59,077 bases of DNA from contig NZ_JBMFOX010000004.1 of assembly GCF_049969415.1 (NCBI RefSeq), positions 1 through 59,077 on the forward strand, given 5' to 3'. Below the pieces are notes generated by a model. That model did no database searches. It was not told where the DNA came from and worked only from the letters and a program-made list of their open reading frames with translations. Source of the DNA: Candidatus Hadarchaeum sp. (GTDB taxonomy: Archaea; Hadarchaeota; Hadarchaeia; Hadarchaeales; Hadarchaeaceae). Positions within the stretch are counted from its first letter, which is position 1. Every line of letters starts with the position of its first letter. A program made the position numbers and the translations under genes. Shown here one piece after another: positions 1 to 8,675 of the stretch.

Positions 1-414
1 GCCTACGTGCTCGGCGCCAACGACGTCGGGGCCTCGTTGGGCGTCGTCCGCGCCTTCTTCGGTAGCCCTCCCCAGCTCGTTGCCCTTTTTGGAGCCGTGG
101 CGCTGGCGGCCGGAGCCCTGACTTTCAGCAGAAGGGTGATAACGACGGTCGGTTCAGGCATAGCCAAGATCGGGCCCACCACCGCCATTGCCGCCCAGCT
201 CGGGGCCGCCCTGACCGTTTGGTCCTTCGTGCAGTTTGGCATGCCGGTGTCGACTTCTGAGGCCATCGTCGGCGGGGTTGCCGGAGCGGCTCTTTTCAAG
301 AGCACGGCGACGGTGAGCAAGCGGAGGTTGGGCAAGATAGCGTTGACCTTGGTGGTTACCCCGGCCGCGGTCGGACTGCTTTCCTTTGCCCTGTCCCTGC
401 TGTTCGGGTTCTGA
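1..414 (+). CDS. PiT-family inorganic phosphate transporter, C-terminal part (5' truncated by window edge)
   Basis: GANDV signature, RVITTVG and PVSTS motifs, hydrophobic helices; adjacent to a DUF47 gene. Confidence 0.85.
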   Translation, partial: AYVLGANDVGASLGVVRAFFGSPPQLVALFGAVALAAGALTFSRRVITTVGSGIAKIGPTTAIAAQLGAALTVWSFVQFGMPVSTSEAIVGGVAGAALFKSTATVSKRRLGKIALTLVVTPAAVGLLSFALSLLFGF

Positions 415-1122
415 TCAGCCCGTGAGCGTGAAGCCCAGGATGGTCACGGTGTCGCTCATGTCCTCGGCCCGATCGCTCACGTTGGCCGATCTGCGGATGA
501 TGTCGGCGAGCTGGATGATGCTGACGGGGTCGAGGACCTTTTCGAAGCTGTAAAGGTCGTTGGTTAGACTCTGCTCCATCAGGTCGATCTCGTGCTCGAG
601 CAGGTCGACGTCGTTGGCCTTTCTCGTGGCCTCGCCGATGTCGGTGGTCAGCGCCTCGATGGCCTCTTCCAGAATTTGTACCGTCTGGGTCGTGACCCTG
701 GCCATCTTGGCGAACTTGAGCCGCCACTCCCTGATCTCCCTGTTTTTCCCCTCTCCCCGGATCAAGGCCTGTAGCAGCTGTTTTCTCAGCAGGAGCACGC
801 GCATGGCACCTTCGGCAGTGTCGGCGACCGTGTCCAGCCGTTCCGCGAGCCAAGCGAGGTCGGCGCGAAAGGCGGGCAGAAAGGCGCCCTCGCCGAGCAC
901 CTTCATGAATTCTCTCTTCCCCTTGTCGGCTGCGGTCTCCAGCTTGGACAGCTCCCGGCCCAGCTTTTCCGCCCGGTCGAAATCTAGGTCGGTGAAGTAG
1001 GCGGTGATGACCTCCTCGAACTTCTTAACCACGCCGGTGACGGCCTTGGCGTTCCTCTTCAAAATTTCGAGGGCCCGCTGTTCCTTACCTCCACCGATAA
1101 TGGAAATGGACAGGACCTCCAA
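415..1122 (-). CDS. DUF47/PhoU-like phosphate transport regulator
   Basis: All-helical; LETAAD...FLP..R.DL..LAE..D.VAD..E and LEHEID...SDRAED repeats typical of DUF47; TTG start. Confidence 0.85.
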   Translation of the reverse strand: MEVLSISIIGGGKEQRALEILKRNAKAVTGVVKKFEEVITAYFTDLDFDRAEKLGRELSKLETAADKGKREFMKVLGEGAFLPAFRADLAWLAERLDTVADTAEGAMRVLLLRKQLLQALIRGEGKNREIREWRLKFAKMARVTTQTVQILEEAIEALTTDIGEATRKANDVDLLEHEIDLMEQSLTNDLYSFEKVLDPVSIIQLADIIRRSANVSDRAEDMSDTVTILGFTLTG

Positions 1123-1164
1123 ACCGTCACCTTCGTTGGAATATCTCCCGCCTTTTTTAAAACA

Positions 1165-1653
1165 CTACCTTCTTGCCTGCCGCTTCAGCTCTGAGCCGCA
1201 GATGAGGCAGATGGTTGCGGTCGGCGGGAACTTGCTTCCGCAGGCGGGGCACACGGCTTCCCAGCGCAGCACCTCCTTTATCCCCGGCATGGAGAAGCGG
1301 CGGTAGGGCAGGTTGAGCAGGGTGGCTAGGTTCTGGATGGCGTAGTCGTCGGTCACGATTTCGGCGTTTTTTTCGGCAAGGTCCAGCGCCAGCGCGAGCA
1401 GCTTCACGTCGGTATCGGAGACGGTGTCCCCGCTGTGCACCACCTTCTCCCGGACCCTCTCCAGCGATTTCTTCGACGGCTCCACGACCCTGACCTTGCC
1501 CGCCAGCACCGCGGTCTCGAGCTTCAGCTTTGAGCAGAGGTCGCGGGCTTCCTCGAGCACCTCAGGCACCGTTACCTGGTCGGCCCTCAGCATTCCCGGA
1601 GCTAGGCCGGCGATAACGGCGGAGGTATCGAGCACTAAAACACAACGTGTCAC
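1165..1653 (-). CDS. nob1: Nob1-like PIN-domain endoribonuclease with C-terminal Zn ribbon
   Basis: VLDTSA, SDTD, TDDYAIQN PIN motifs; CPAC...CLIC. Confidence 0.9.
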   Translation of the reverse strand: MTRCVLVLDTSAVIAGLAPGMLRADQVTVPEVLEEARDLCSKLKLETAVLAGKVRVVEPSKKSLERVREKVVHSGDTVSDTDVKLLALALDLAEKNAEIVTDDYAIQNLATLLNLPYRRFSMPGIKEVLRWEAVCPACGSKFPPTATICLICGSELKRQARR

Positions 1654-2450
1654 AATAACTTCTCCTTCACCTTACGGTAAAAGCTCTCCCATTCAAAGAA
1701 GCGCGCGCAGTAGTCCGAGCGGCGGACCTCAACCTTTTTTCCCTGATCTACCTTGGCCACTGGTTCCCCGTCAACAATCACCAGGGCGGCTCGCCCGGGT
1801 CGAGTCGGTGTTATCTGCACGCAGCTCTCCGGCGGGATGACGATTGAGCACTGACGGGGATGCGTGGGGCAGATGGGCGTGACCACGAGCGATTCCAGCC
1901 GGGGGTCAAGCACCGGACCTCCGGCGGCGTGCGTGTAGGCCGTGCTTCCGGTCGGCGTGGCGACAATGATGCCATCGCAGCGGAAGTCAAGCGCCTCGTG
2001 GCCGTCGATCGATACGGAAAGGCTGACGCTCTTTCCTGGCACCTCGGAGCTGACGACGACATCGTTCAGGGCCTCGGGCAAGGATTTTCCCGCCAGGGTG
2101 GTCGCTAGGCGAGTCCTACTCACGACGGGGAGCTTTCCCTCCCTGAGCCTCCGCAGCGCCCTCGGGGCATCCTTCGGGTTGACTTCCGCGAGAAATCCTC
2201 TTCTTCCCAGATTTATCCCCAGAATAGGCACGTCCGGCGCCAGCCGCTGGGCGTGAAGGACGGTACCGTCTCCGCCGATCGTCACGATGGCGTCGCATCC
2301 GCGAAGGTCCTGGATCTTTGCGCCGCCCCCTATCTTCTTCGCCAGGCCCGGCTCGAGCACGACCTCCTCTCCCTTAAGGTACTTGATGACCTTTGCCACC
2401 ATCTCGAGGTCGGAGTCACCATCGGTTCGAGCAACGATTCCGATTCTCAA
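1650..2450 (-). CDS. nadK: NAD kinase
   Basis: GGDGT, GINLGRRGFL, ALND, DGIIVATPTGSTAY motifs. Confidence 0.95.
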   Translation of the reverse strand: MRIGIVARTDGDSDLEMVAKVIKYLKGEEVVLEPGLAKKIGGGAKIQDLRGCDAIVTIGGDGTVLHAQRLAPDVPILGINLGRRGFLAEVNPKDAPRALRRLREGKLPVVSRTRLATTLAGKSLPEALNDVVVSSEVPGKSVSLSVSIDGHEALDFRCDGIIVATPTGSTAYTHAAGGPVLDPRLESLVVTPICPTHPRQCSIVIPPESCVQITPTRPGRAALVIVDGEPVAKVDQGKKVEVRRSDYCARFFEWESFYRKVKEKLL

Positions 2451-2529
2451 GGTTCCACGGATTTGATTTTTCCTTTGAGGATTAAACCTTGCGCCAAGCT
2501 TTTAAGTAAGTCAGGAGAATTTCTACGGG

Positions 2530-2925
2530 ATGATAATGAAGGAGGTCACTGAAGTCGGTAAGCTCAAGGAGGGTCGCTTCATCATCATCGATGACGAGCC
2601 CTGCCGCATCGTCGGCTTTTCCACCTCGGCTCCGGGGAAGCACGGCCACGCCAAGGCCAAGATCGATGCCATCGGACTTTTTGACGGGCAGAAGCGGACC
2701 ATCGTGAAGCCGACCAGCGCCAAGGTTGAGGTGCCGATAATCGAGCGGGGTAGTGCTCAGGTGCTGGCGATTGTCTCCAACAATGCCCAGCTGATGGACC
2801 TCAACACCTACGAGACCTTCGAGCTGCCCATACCCATTAACCTCCGCGGCGACGTCAAGGAGGGCGTTGAGGTGGAGTATCTCCAGGCGCTGGGAAGAAG
2901 AAAAATAGACCGAGTAAAAGGTTGA
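2530..2925 (+). CDS. eif5a: Translation factor aIF-5A
   Basis: PGKHGHAK hypusine-site motif, 131 aa. Confidence 0.95.
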   Translation: MIMKEVTEVGKLKEGRFIIIDDEPCRIVGFSTSAPGKHGHAKAKIDAIGLFDGQKRTIVKPTSAKVEVPIIERGSAQVLAIVSNNAQLMDLNTYETFELPIPINLRGDVKEGVEVEYLQALGRRKIDRVKG

Positions 2926-2940
2926 ACAAAATTAAAAGCA

Positions 2941-2960
2941 GTGGCAGCCACAGCCGCCAC
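2941..2960. terminator. Stem-loop between convergent aIF5A and histone genes; probable bidirectional terminator
   Basis: Minus strand GTGGCGGC-tgtg-GCTGCCAC followed by T-rich tract; plus strand followed by TTTTTT. Confidence 0.5.
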
Positions 2961-2974
2961 CGGAAATTTTTGGA

Positions 2975-3139
2975 TTAGAGATCTATTCCTCTGAGGGTCT
3001 TTCTGCCGTTGCCCTTGGCTCTCTCGATGGCCTTCTTGCAGCTCGCCGCCACTACCGCGTCCAGTGCTTTGAAGAAGTCGTCGCTGGCCCTCATTCCCTT
3101 GAGGAGTTCCCTCACCGCGGACTTAACTACATAAGCCAT
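2975..3139 (-). CDS. Short histone-fold protein (alpha3-truncated, FtF/HTkC-like), 54 aa
   Basis: MAYVVKSAVRELLKGMRASDDFF...AIERAKGNGRKTLRGIDL; RKT..D histone motif at the very C-terminus; SD GGAGGTG 5 nt before ATG 3139. Confidence 0.8.
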   Translation of the reverse strand: MAYVVKSAVRELLKGMRASDDFFKALDAVVAASCKKAIERAKGNGRKTLRGIDL

Positions 3140-3201
3140 TTTTACACCTCCGTTTCGTCGCTTTAATCCTCCTTTTTTCAATATTTAAAGGTGCTTAAAA
3201 T

Positions 3202-4053
3202 TCATTTTTTCTGCCGGAAACCGCGGATTAACTTGCGCATCTCCTCGGGCGGCATCTCGTAGCTCTGCGCCAGCGCCGGAAACTTGCCCGACTTGACGTC
3301 GCGCTTGAAGTCTTCCACTGCTTTCAGTATCCCTTTATCGAGCTCGGCGTAGCGCTTGACAAACTTGGGGACGCTGGGCCCGGTGAGGCCGATGAGGTCG
3401 TGCAGCACTAGGACCTGCCCGTCGCAGTAGGGACCGGCGCCGATCCCGATCGTCGGGATCTCCAGCTTTTCGGTGATCAGCTTGGCCAGCTGCCAGGGCA
3501 TGGCCTCGAGCACCAAGCTGAAGACGCCCGCCCGCTCCAGCCTCTGGGCGTCCTCGAGGATGGCGCGCGCGGCGGACCAGGTTTTGCCCCGGACGCGGTA
3601 GCCGCCGAACTGGTGCACCCACTGCGGGGTCAGGCCGAGGTGGCCCATCACCGGAATCCCGGCATCGATGATGGCTTCAACCTTTCTTATCATCTTGTGC
3701 CCGCCCTCAACCTTCACGGCCTCGGCGTGACCCTCCTTGAGAAAGCGCCCGGCATTTCTGATGGCGTCCTCAGTGCTAGCTTGGTAAGACATGAAGGGCA
3801 TGTCGCCGACCACCAGCGCCCTCTTGACTCCGCGGGCCACGGCCTTGGTGTGGTGGAGCATCTCCTCCATCCCGACCGAAAGCGTGTCCCGGTGGCCCAG
3901 GACCACGTTGGCCAGTGAATCGCCGACGAGGATGGCGTCTGCGCCGGCCTCGTCGACCATTTTCGCCGTCAGGTAGTCGTAGGTAGCCAGCATCACTATT
4001 TTTTCCCCGCTGTTTTTCATCTCCCGAATTTTAATCGTGGTGACCTTTTCCAT
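3202..4053 (-). CDS. panB: 3-methyl-2-oxobutanoate hydroxymethyltransferase
   Basis: LVGDSL, DMPFMSY, AVKVEGG, GHLGLTPQ, GIGAG..CDGQVLV. Confidence 0.95.
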   Translation of the reverse strand: MEKVTTIKIREMKNSGEKIVMLATYDYLTAKMVDEAGADAILVGDSLANVVLGHRDTLSVGMEEMLHHTKAVARGVKRALVVGDMPFMSYQASTEDAIRNAGRFLKEGHAEAVKVEGGHKMIRKVEAIIDAGIPVMGHLGLTPQWVHQFGGYRVRGKTWSAARAILEDAQRLERAGVFSLVLEAMPWQLAKLITEKLEIPTIGIGAGPYCDGQVLVLHDLIGLTGPSVPKFVKRYAELDKGILKAVEDFKRDVKSGKFPALAQSYEMPPEEMRKLIRGFRQKK

Positions 4054-4178
4054 GCTCTCGGTAGTTTATCGGCGGTGTTGCGTATTAACTTTAGCTAGGT
4101 GTAGTTTTGGACCGGTGAAAGTTGGTTTAATAGGGTCGGATGCTTAATATCCAGACAACGTGGGATTGAGTTAGGGTG

Positions 4179-4334
4179 ATGTCAGTGAGCCTGAGGAGAT
4201 ATCGGTGGAAGAAACCGGATTGGCGTGAGCGGAAGAAAAAAAGGCAGAAGAAGTGGAAGCGGAGGTACGAGCCAACGGTCTCGGCACCAGAAGCAACGGG
4301 GTCTGAAGTGTCCACGCCCGGAGAGAAAGCTTGA
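4179..4334 (+). CDS. Small basic protein, 51 aa, with an eL41/eS32-like N-terminus (not in ORF track)
   Basis: Hand translation MSVSLRRYRWKKPDWRERKKKRQKKWKRRYEPTVSAPEATGSEVSTPGEKA; TATA-like TTAATAT about 30 nt upstream. Confidence 0.5.
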   Translation: MSVSLRRYRWKKPDWRERKKKRQKKWKRRYEPTVSAPEATGSEVSTPGEKA

Positions 4335-4488
4335 GCCGTTGAAGAAGATAAGCGGCTGTAAGCCTAGGTCGGGGATTATCGCGTTGTAATGGATAGATTG
4401 GTATAGAAAGATAATATTCATGCTTCTGGTGGGACACCGGAAGAACGTTTACAAAAAAGTCCAGCAACGGCAGGTTCAACGGAACCGT

Positions 4489-4962
4489 TTATTTCTTCAG
4501 GCTCTCGGCGAATTCCTTCGCCCTCTTCAAGTAGTCGCCGGCCTTAACCTCCTTTGCTGGTATGCCCAGCGTCCCTACTACCACCGACTTCGGTACCAGC
4601 GCCTTCATCTCGTCGAACACCTTTTCATGACCGATACTGTAGGTGCAGAAGAAGGCCACCTTTTTGCCGTCCAGCCTTTGGGCGCCGAGGTAGGTCCGCA
4701 CCGCCGGGGTGATGTTTCCCGCCCACACCGGGGTGCCGATGACTATCAGGTCGTATCCGGCCGCCGCCCTCTCAAACTTGATGTTCGTCTTTCTTTTTCT
4801 CGTGGCATCCTTTCCCGCGATCAGAAAGCGGATTGGCGGCAGGCCGGTCCTCTTCTTCAGGTCCACGATTTCATCAAAATCGGCACCGAGTTCTTTGGCG
4901 ATCGCTTCGCCGACCTCTTTGGTGGTTCCGGTCCGGGAATAACAAGCGACGAGAATTTTCAT
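4489..4962 (-). CDS. Flavodoxin-family protein
   Basis: YSRTGTT FMN-binding loop, YDLIVIGTPVWAG, KKVAFFCT. Confidence 0.85.
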   Translation of the reverse strand: MKILVACYSRTGTTKEVGEAIAKELGADFDEIVDLKKRTGLPPIRFLIAGKDATRKRKTNIKFERAAAGYDLIVIGTPVWAGNITPAVRTYLGAQRLDGKKVAFFCTYSIGHEKVFDEMKALVPKSVVVGTLGIPAKEVKAGDYLKRAKEFAESLKK

Positions 4963-5147
4963 CGAATCAATGAGTTAATCAACGTGGCCGGTAAATTAAA
5001 CCTTGTTTAGGGGTGTGCAAAAATAAATAGCCGTTGAGAACCTAAGCTATTTCGCGCAGGTGCCGGTCGACCGCGCAACACTATGTCTCCTCGGTCTGAG
5101 AGAGTCATATGCGGCGTTGCCGACATCTGCGCATGCAGATCTCACCG

Positions 5148-5285
5148 TCAGTACCTGTAGACTCCGACCTTCCGCAGCAGTTCTGGTCCGTTTGTCAACA
5201 GCGCCTGTATGGTGAGGGCGTTCCTCGCGAGCAGCGCGGAGTACACGATTGTCGCCTTCTTCGCCAGTCCCCTGAACCTGAGCCC
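5148..5285 (-). mobile_element. Remnant 3' end of a DDE transposase (IS4/IS5-like)
   Basis: Minus strand reads GLRFRGLAKKATIVYSALLARNAL...RY*, matching the RFRG.K......L..LA.N C-terminal motif of these transposases; abuts the hsdR fragment. Confidence 0.5.
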
Positions 5286-6680
5286 TTCATCACGCTCATC
5301 CACAAATTCCGGGAGGAGGACCTCTCGGGGCTGAAGTTCACCAAGGATTCTGAGGAGGTGATCTCCAACAGGAGGAATGTGATCGCGATAATGGATGAGG
5401 GCCACCGGACGCAGTACGGAAAGCTTGCCGAGCAGATGAGGACCATCCTGAAAAAGGCTTTCTTCTTCGCCTTCACCGGGACGCCGATCGCCAAGAAGGG
5501 AAGGGACACCTACCTCACCTTCAGCTATCCCGAGCAGGGCGAGCTCTACATCCACAAGTACTTCATCGAGGACTCCATCAGGGACGGGTTCACCCTGCCG
5601 ATAGTTTTCCAGACCAGGATGGAGAAGAAGGTGGGCCTCGACAAGAAGCGCCTGCAGGGCTTCCTGGGCGTGAAGGAGGCCGGATTGATAATCGACTACG
5701 TCGGCGTGCTCGGGGAATTTGAAAAGGCCCTGGCGATCTATCAGAAACAGGACGTCAAATACGTCGCCATAAAGCTGGACGAAGAGGTGAAAAAGTTCAC
5801 CACCCTGCTGCAGGAAACCGAGGAGATCTTTGATGGAATTGACCTGGGCAGGACGCACCGGGAAACGTTGAAGTCGGCCGTCAAGCTCCTGTTCCACGAC
5901 CACGACGCCGAGAACAAGTTCCTCGTAAACTACAAGAGGCTGATCAGGTTCTACGAATTTCTGGGGCCGAGGCACGTCCCGGAAGCTTCTATCGCGAGGC
6001 TCAAGTGGCTGGCCGCCATCTATCAGTTCTACCTCAGGTGGACCGGGACGAGGGAGGAGGAGCCAGAGGTCGAGGAGTATTTCCGAAAATACTTCAGCCG
6101 AACCCTCGGGGACATCCACAAAACGCTGGAGATAAAGCTGAAGGAGGAGTTCCCCATCCTGAAGTTGGATGTGAATTATCTCAACAACCTCAAGAAGGCG
6201 CACGCGAGCCTAGAGGACAAGGTGTATGACATGGTCTTCGCGCTGAACAAGTACATTTTGGTCGACAGGTCTCAAAAGATGGTCTACGAGCCGATCGCGA
6301 GGAAGGTTGAGCTGATAGTGAGGAAATGGAAGGACAGAAAGATCGACGTGAAGGAGGCCTACGAAAGGCTGTCCGAGGCGGTCAGGGACATCCAGTCTCT
6401 GGAGAAAAGGCAGAGGGAGCTTGGCTTTTCGGAGGGGGAGTATTTCCTGCTCACGGCGCTGGAGGAAAAGCTGGGCAGGTCGGAGGAGCTGGTGAAGGAG
6501 GTCAGAGCCCTGTGGAAAGATTGGGAGAGATCCGGCAAGCTGTTTGGGGGATGGAACCGGAAACAGACGGCGCTGAAGGAAGTTGGCAGGGAGCTGAGGA
6601 AATTCCTGCGCAAAAAGATGCCACTTGCTGAGAGGAATGAGGTGTATGGCAAGATCATTAAGGGGCTTAGAGAAATCTAA
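5286..6680 (+). pseudogene. hsdR: Type I restriction enzyme R subunit, N-terminally truncated and internally deleted
   Basis: TLIHKF, DEGHRTQYG (DEAH), FAFTGTP, SIRDG, GLIIDYVG and a DUF3387-like tail are present; nuclease domain, Walker A and motifs IV-VI are absent; no hsdM/S in the window. Confidence 0.85.
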
Positions 6681-7410
6681 GAGCATCTGGGTCAACGGAA
6701 CCGACTTGCCCTACCGGGTGGCGCGGAGAAGGGTGAGATATCCACGGCTGGAGTTCAAAACAGGAGAGCTCCTGGTAATCCTTCCCGAGGGCTGGAAGGA
6801 TGAAGCATCGCTGCTGGAGAGGAAAATTGGCTGGATCTCCAGAAAACATGGTGAAATTAAAGGTGCGGTGGAGAGGTTTAAGTCTTTGATGGGGAACGGT
6901 CACGGCCTGTTAATCTTTGGGAATTTTCTTCCGGTTGATGATGGTAAGGTGAGGGTAAGTTTAAACGAAAACAGCTTCGAATGTGATCTCAATGACCGAC
7001 GACAGCTCAGGCGGTTAAGGGATGCGCTGAGGGAAAGACTTCGGCAGGAACTCGAGACGGCTGCTGTAGAGTACAGCAAGAAATTTGGTGTGGAGTTCAA
7101 CAGGATATTCATAAGGAGGCAGAAAACCAAGTGGGCCAGCTGTTCCTCCAGAGGGGACCTGAGCTTCAATTTCCTGCTGGCGTGTCTGCCAAGGGAGCTC
7201 ATCCGTTATGTCGTCTGCCATGAAATACTGCACCTGAGGGAAAAACGTCACAACAAAAATTTTTGGGAGGAGGTGGGCCGCGAGTTCGAGAATTTTGAGG
7301 AAATGGAGAAAAGGCTCTTCGAATACTGGTTCCTCATCCAAGAGTACTCTCGTTCGGTCGATCTCTTTGCTTGGTTAATTTTGTTTTCGCGGCCGGATTT
7401 CCCCTGTTGA
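6646..7410 (+). CDS. YgjP/DUF45 M48-like metal-dependent hydrolase (typical type I R-M neighbour)
   Basis: KTKWASCSSRG, YVVCHEILHL..HNKNFW motifs; SD GAGGTG before ATG 6646. Confidence 0.9.
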   Translation: MARSLRGLEKSKSIWVNGTDLPYRVARRRVRYPRLEFKTGELLVILPEGWKDEASLLERKIGWISRKHGEIKGAVERFKSLMGNGHGLLIFGNFLPVDDGKVRVSLNENSFECDLNDRRQLRRLRDALRERLRQELETAAVEYSKKFGVEFNRIFIRRQKTKWASCSSRGDLSFNFLLACLPRELIRYVVCHEILHLREKRHNKNFWEEVGREFENFEEMEKRLFEYWFLIQEYSRSVDLFAWLILFSRPDFPC

Positions 7411-7679
7411 AAAGAGCTTCCTCTAAAAAGTTACTGGGGCCACGGGTGCGTCGGGCGTATCTGGTTATTTTTGATAAAGCGGGTAGAAGTCTTTCAGGAT
7501 GGCATTATGGTAAGCTGCGCGTTTCAGGAGCGCAGTGGATACAAAGATCGGCCATCATGACGGAACGGTTCGAGGTTGCTTTAAAGCTCGTTCGGATGTT
7601 GCGAAGGTTCGGGGTTCGAAAGGTTCAATTTTTTCGCGTATGTGAACTAACGGAGTCCGTTGCTTCGGGCACCATGTGA
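7407..7679 (+). CDS. Small Cas2/VapD-like ferredoxin-fold protein, stand-alone (start uncertain: 7371, 7407 or 7446)
   Basis: YLVIFD first strand and WIQRSAI resemble the Cas2 YxxxYD and QxSVF motifs; about 80-90 aa; no cas1 nearby. Confidence 0.5.
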   Translation: MKRASSKKLLGPRVRRAYLVIFDKAGRSLSGWHYGKLRVSGAQWIQRSAIMTERFEVALKLVRMLRRFGVRKVQFFRVCELTESVASGTM

Positions 7680-7708
7680 GCACGAGGTCGGTTTCAGGCA
7701 GCTTCGGC

Positions 7709-7807
7709 TCAGGCTCTACGCATATACGTAGTCTAGCCTTCAGGCTCTACGCATATACGTAGTCTAGCCTTCAGGCTCTACGCATATACGTAGTCTAGCC
7801 TTCAGGC
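7709..7807. repeat. Three exact tandem copies of a 31-bp hairpin-forming unit plus a partial copy
   Basis: Unit CAGGCTCTACGCATATACGTAGTCTAGCCTT at 7710-7740, 7741-7771 and 7772-7802, then CAGGC; no spacers. Confidence 0.97.
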
Positions 7808-7825
7808 AAAAGCTCCGTTGGGCCT

Positions 7826-8471
7826 GTGGTAGAGCTCTTGAGAGATGAGCAGTCGAACGCTCTTGGCATGTCCTTAGGCGTCTTCATGGGTTTGCAGATT
7901 TTGTGACGATAGGTGGGTGGTGCGTCTACTTTTGGGCGCGGAAATTCGAGCCGCGATATCGATATCTATATCGATCAGAACAACTTCTACGGGCCACAGG
8001 CAGAAGCATTAAGATCAGGGTTCACCATCAAGCGCAATCTGAGGCCGAAAAAATTTGAAGGCTGATCGACGGAGTCGGGGTTGACATCTACACGCCTTTT
8101 ATGTGTAGTCCAGTTGTCCCTTGGGCGTTTTCCGGGAGAACCCAGTCTTGAACATCGAGGGCTTCAGGGTTGCTCTACCCGAAGTGTTGCTCTTATTAAA
8201 GACGCAGGCGGCCAAGGAGCGATGGAACGCTGAGAAAGGCGTAAAGGATCGTGCGGACATTATCTCCTCGCTTTCTTTCGTGGACATAAAATACGATCTG
8301 CGGTGCGATCTGTTCCCGGGAGATTACCCGAAAAAGGCGCTGTTGGGGACAATCTTGAGGACGTTGCGGGAGAGCCGGGTTGATTACGAGTTTCTTGGCC
8401 TTAACTACTCTAAGGGCGGCGTAAAGCTGAAGAAGCTCGTCGAAAAAGAAATTGGCCTGACTTCCGGGTAA
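7826..8471 (+). pseudogene. Frameshifted nucleotidyltransferase (AbiEii/MNT-like)
   Basis: Pieces in different frames: SWHVLRRLHGFADFVTIGGWCVYFW / SRDIDIYID / LIDGVGVDIYTPF / PEVLLLLK..A...R....KG.KDRADI; at least 3 frameshifts. Confidence 0.75.
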
Positions 8472-8675
8472 AAAATCTAATTGTCGAGTCGCTTTGAGTT
8501 TGGCAAGGGTGTGAATTCAGAAATTAAAGCATTTCGATGCGTTTTCGGCCCGCAATCAATCTCCCTGTGTTCCCCTCGCCTCATTTATCGAGGGTGGCCC
8601 TTTCCGTCCATACCGAGCCCCAAACGATTAACCAAAATTATAAAAATGGATAAGTACGGCTGATTGCACTAAAAA

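Noticed and set aside
5010-5147. IS terminal inverted repeats or a MITE (GGGGTGTGCAAAAAT, GCAACACTAT, ATCTGC/GCAGAT hairpin)
   Set aside because: No matching pair of ends or target duplication could be identified by eye.
5109-5285. N-terminus of the 523-aa ORF as real HsdR sequence
   Set aside because: No HsdR-like features; it is the antisense of a transposase tail and its flank.
7709-7807. CRISPR array
   Set aside because: Units are directly adjacent with no spacers, no obvious leader and no cas1; reported as a tandem repeat instead.
8481-8663. 60-aa ORF after the nucleotidyltransferase pseudogene
   Set aside because: No SD, motif or compositional support.
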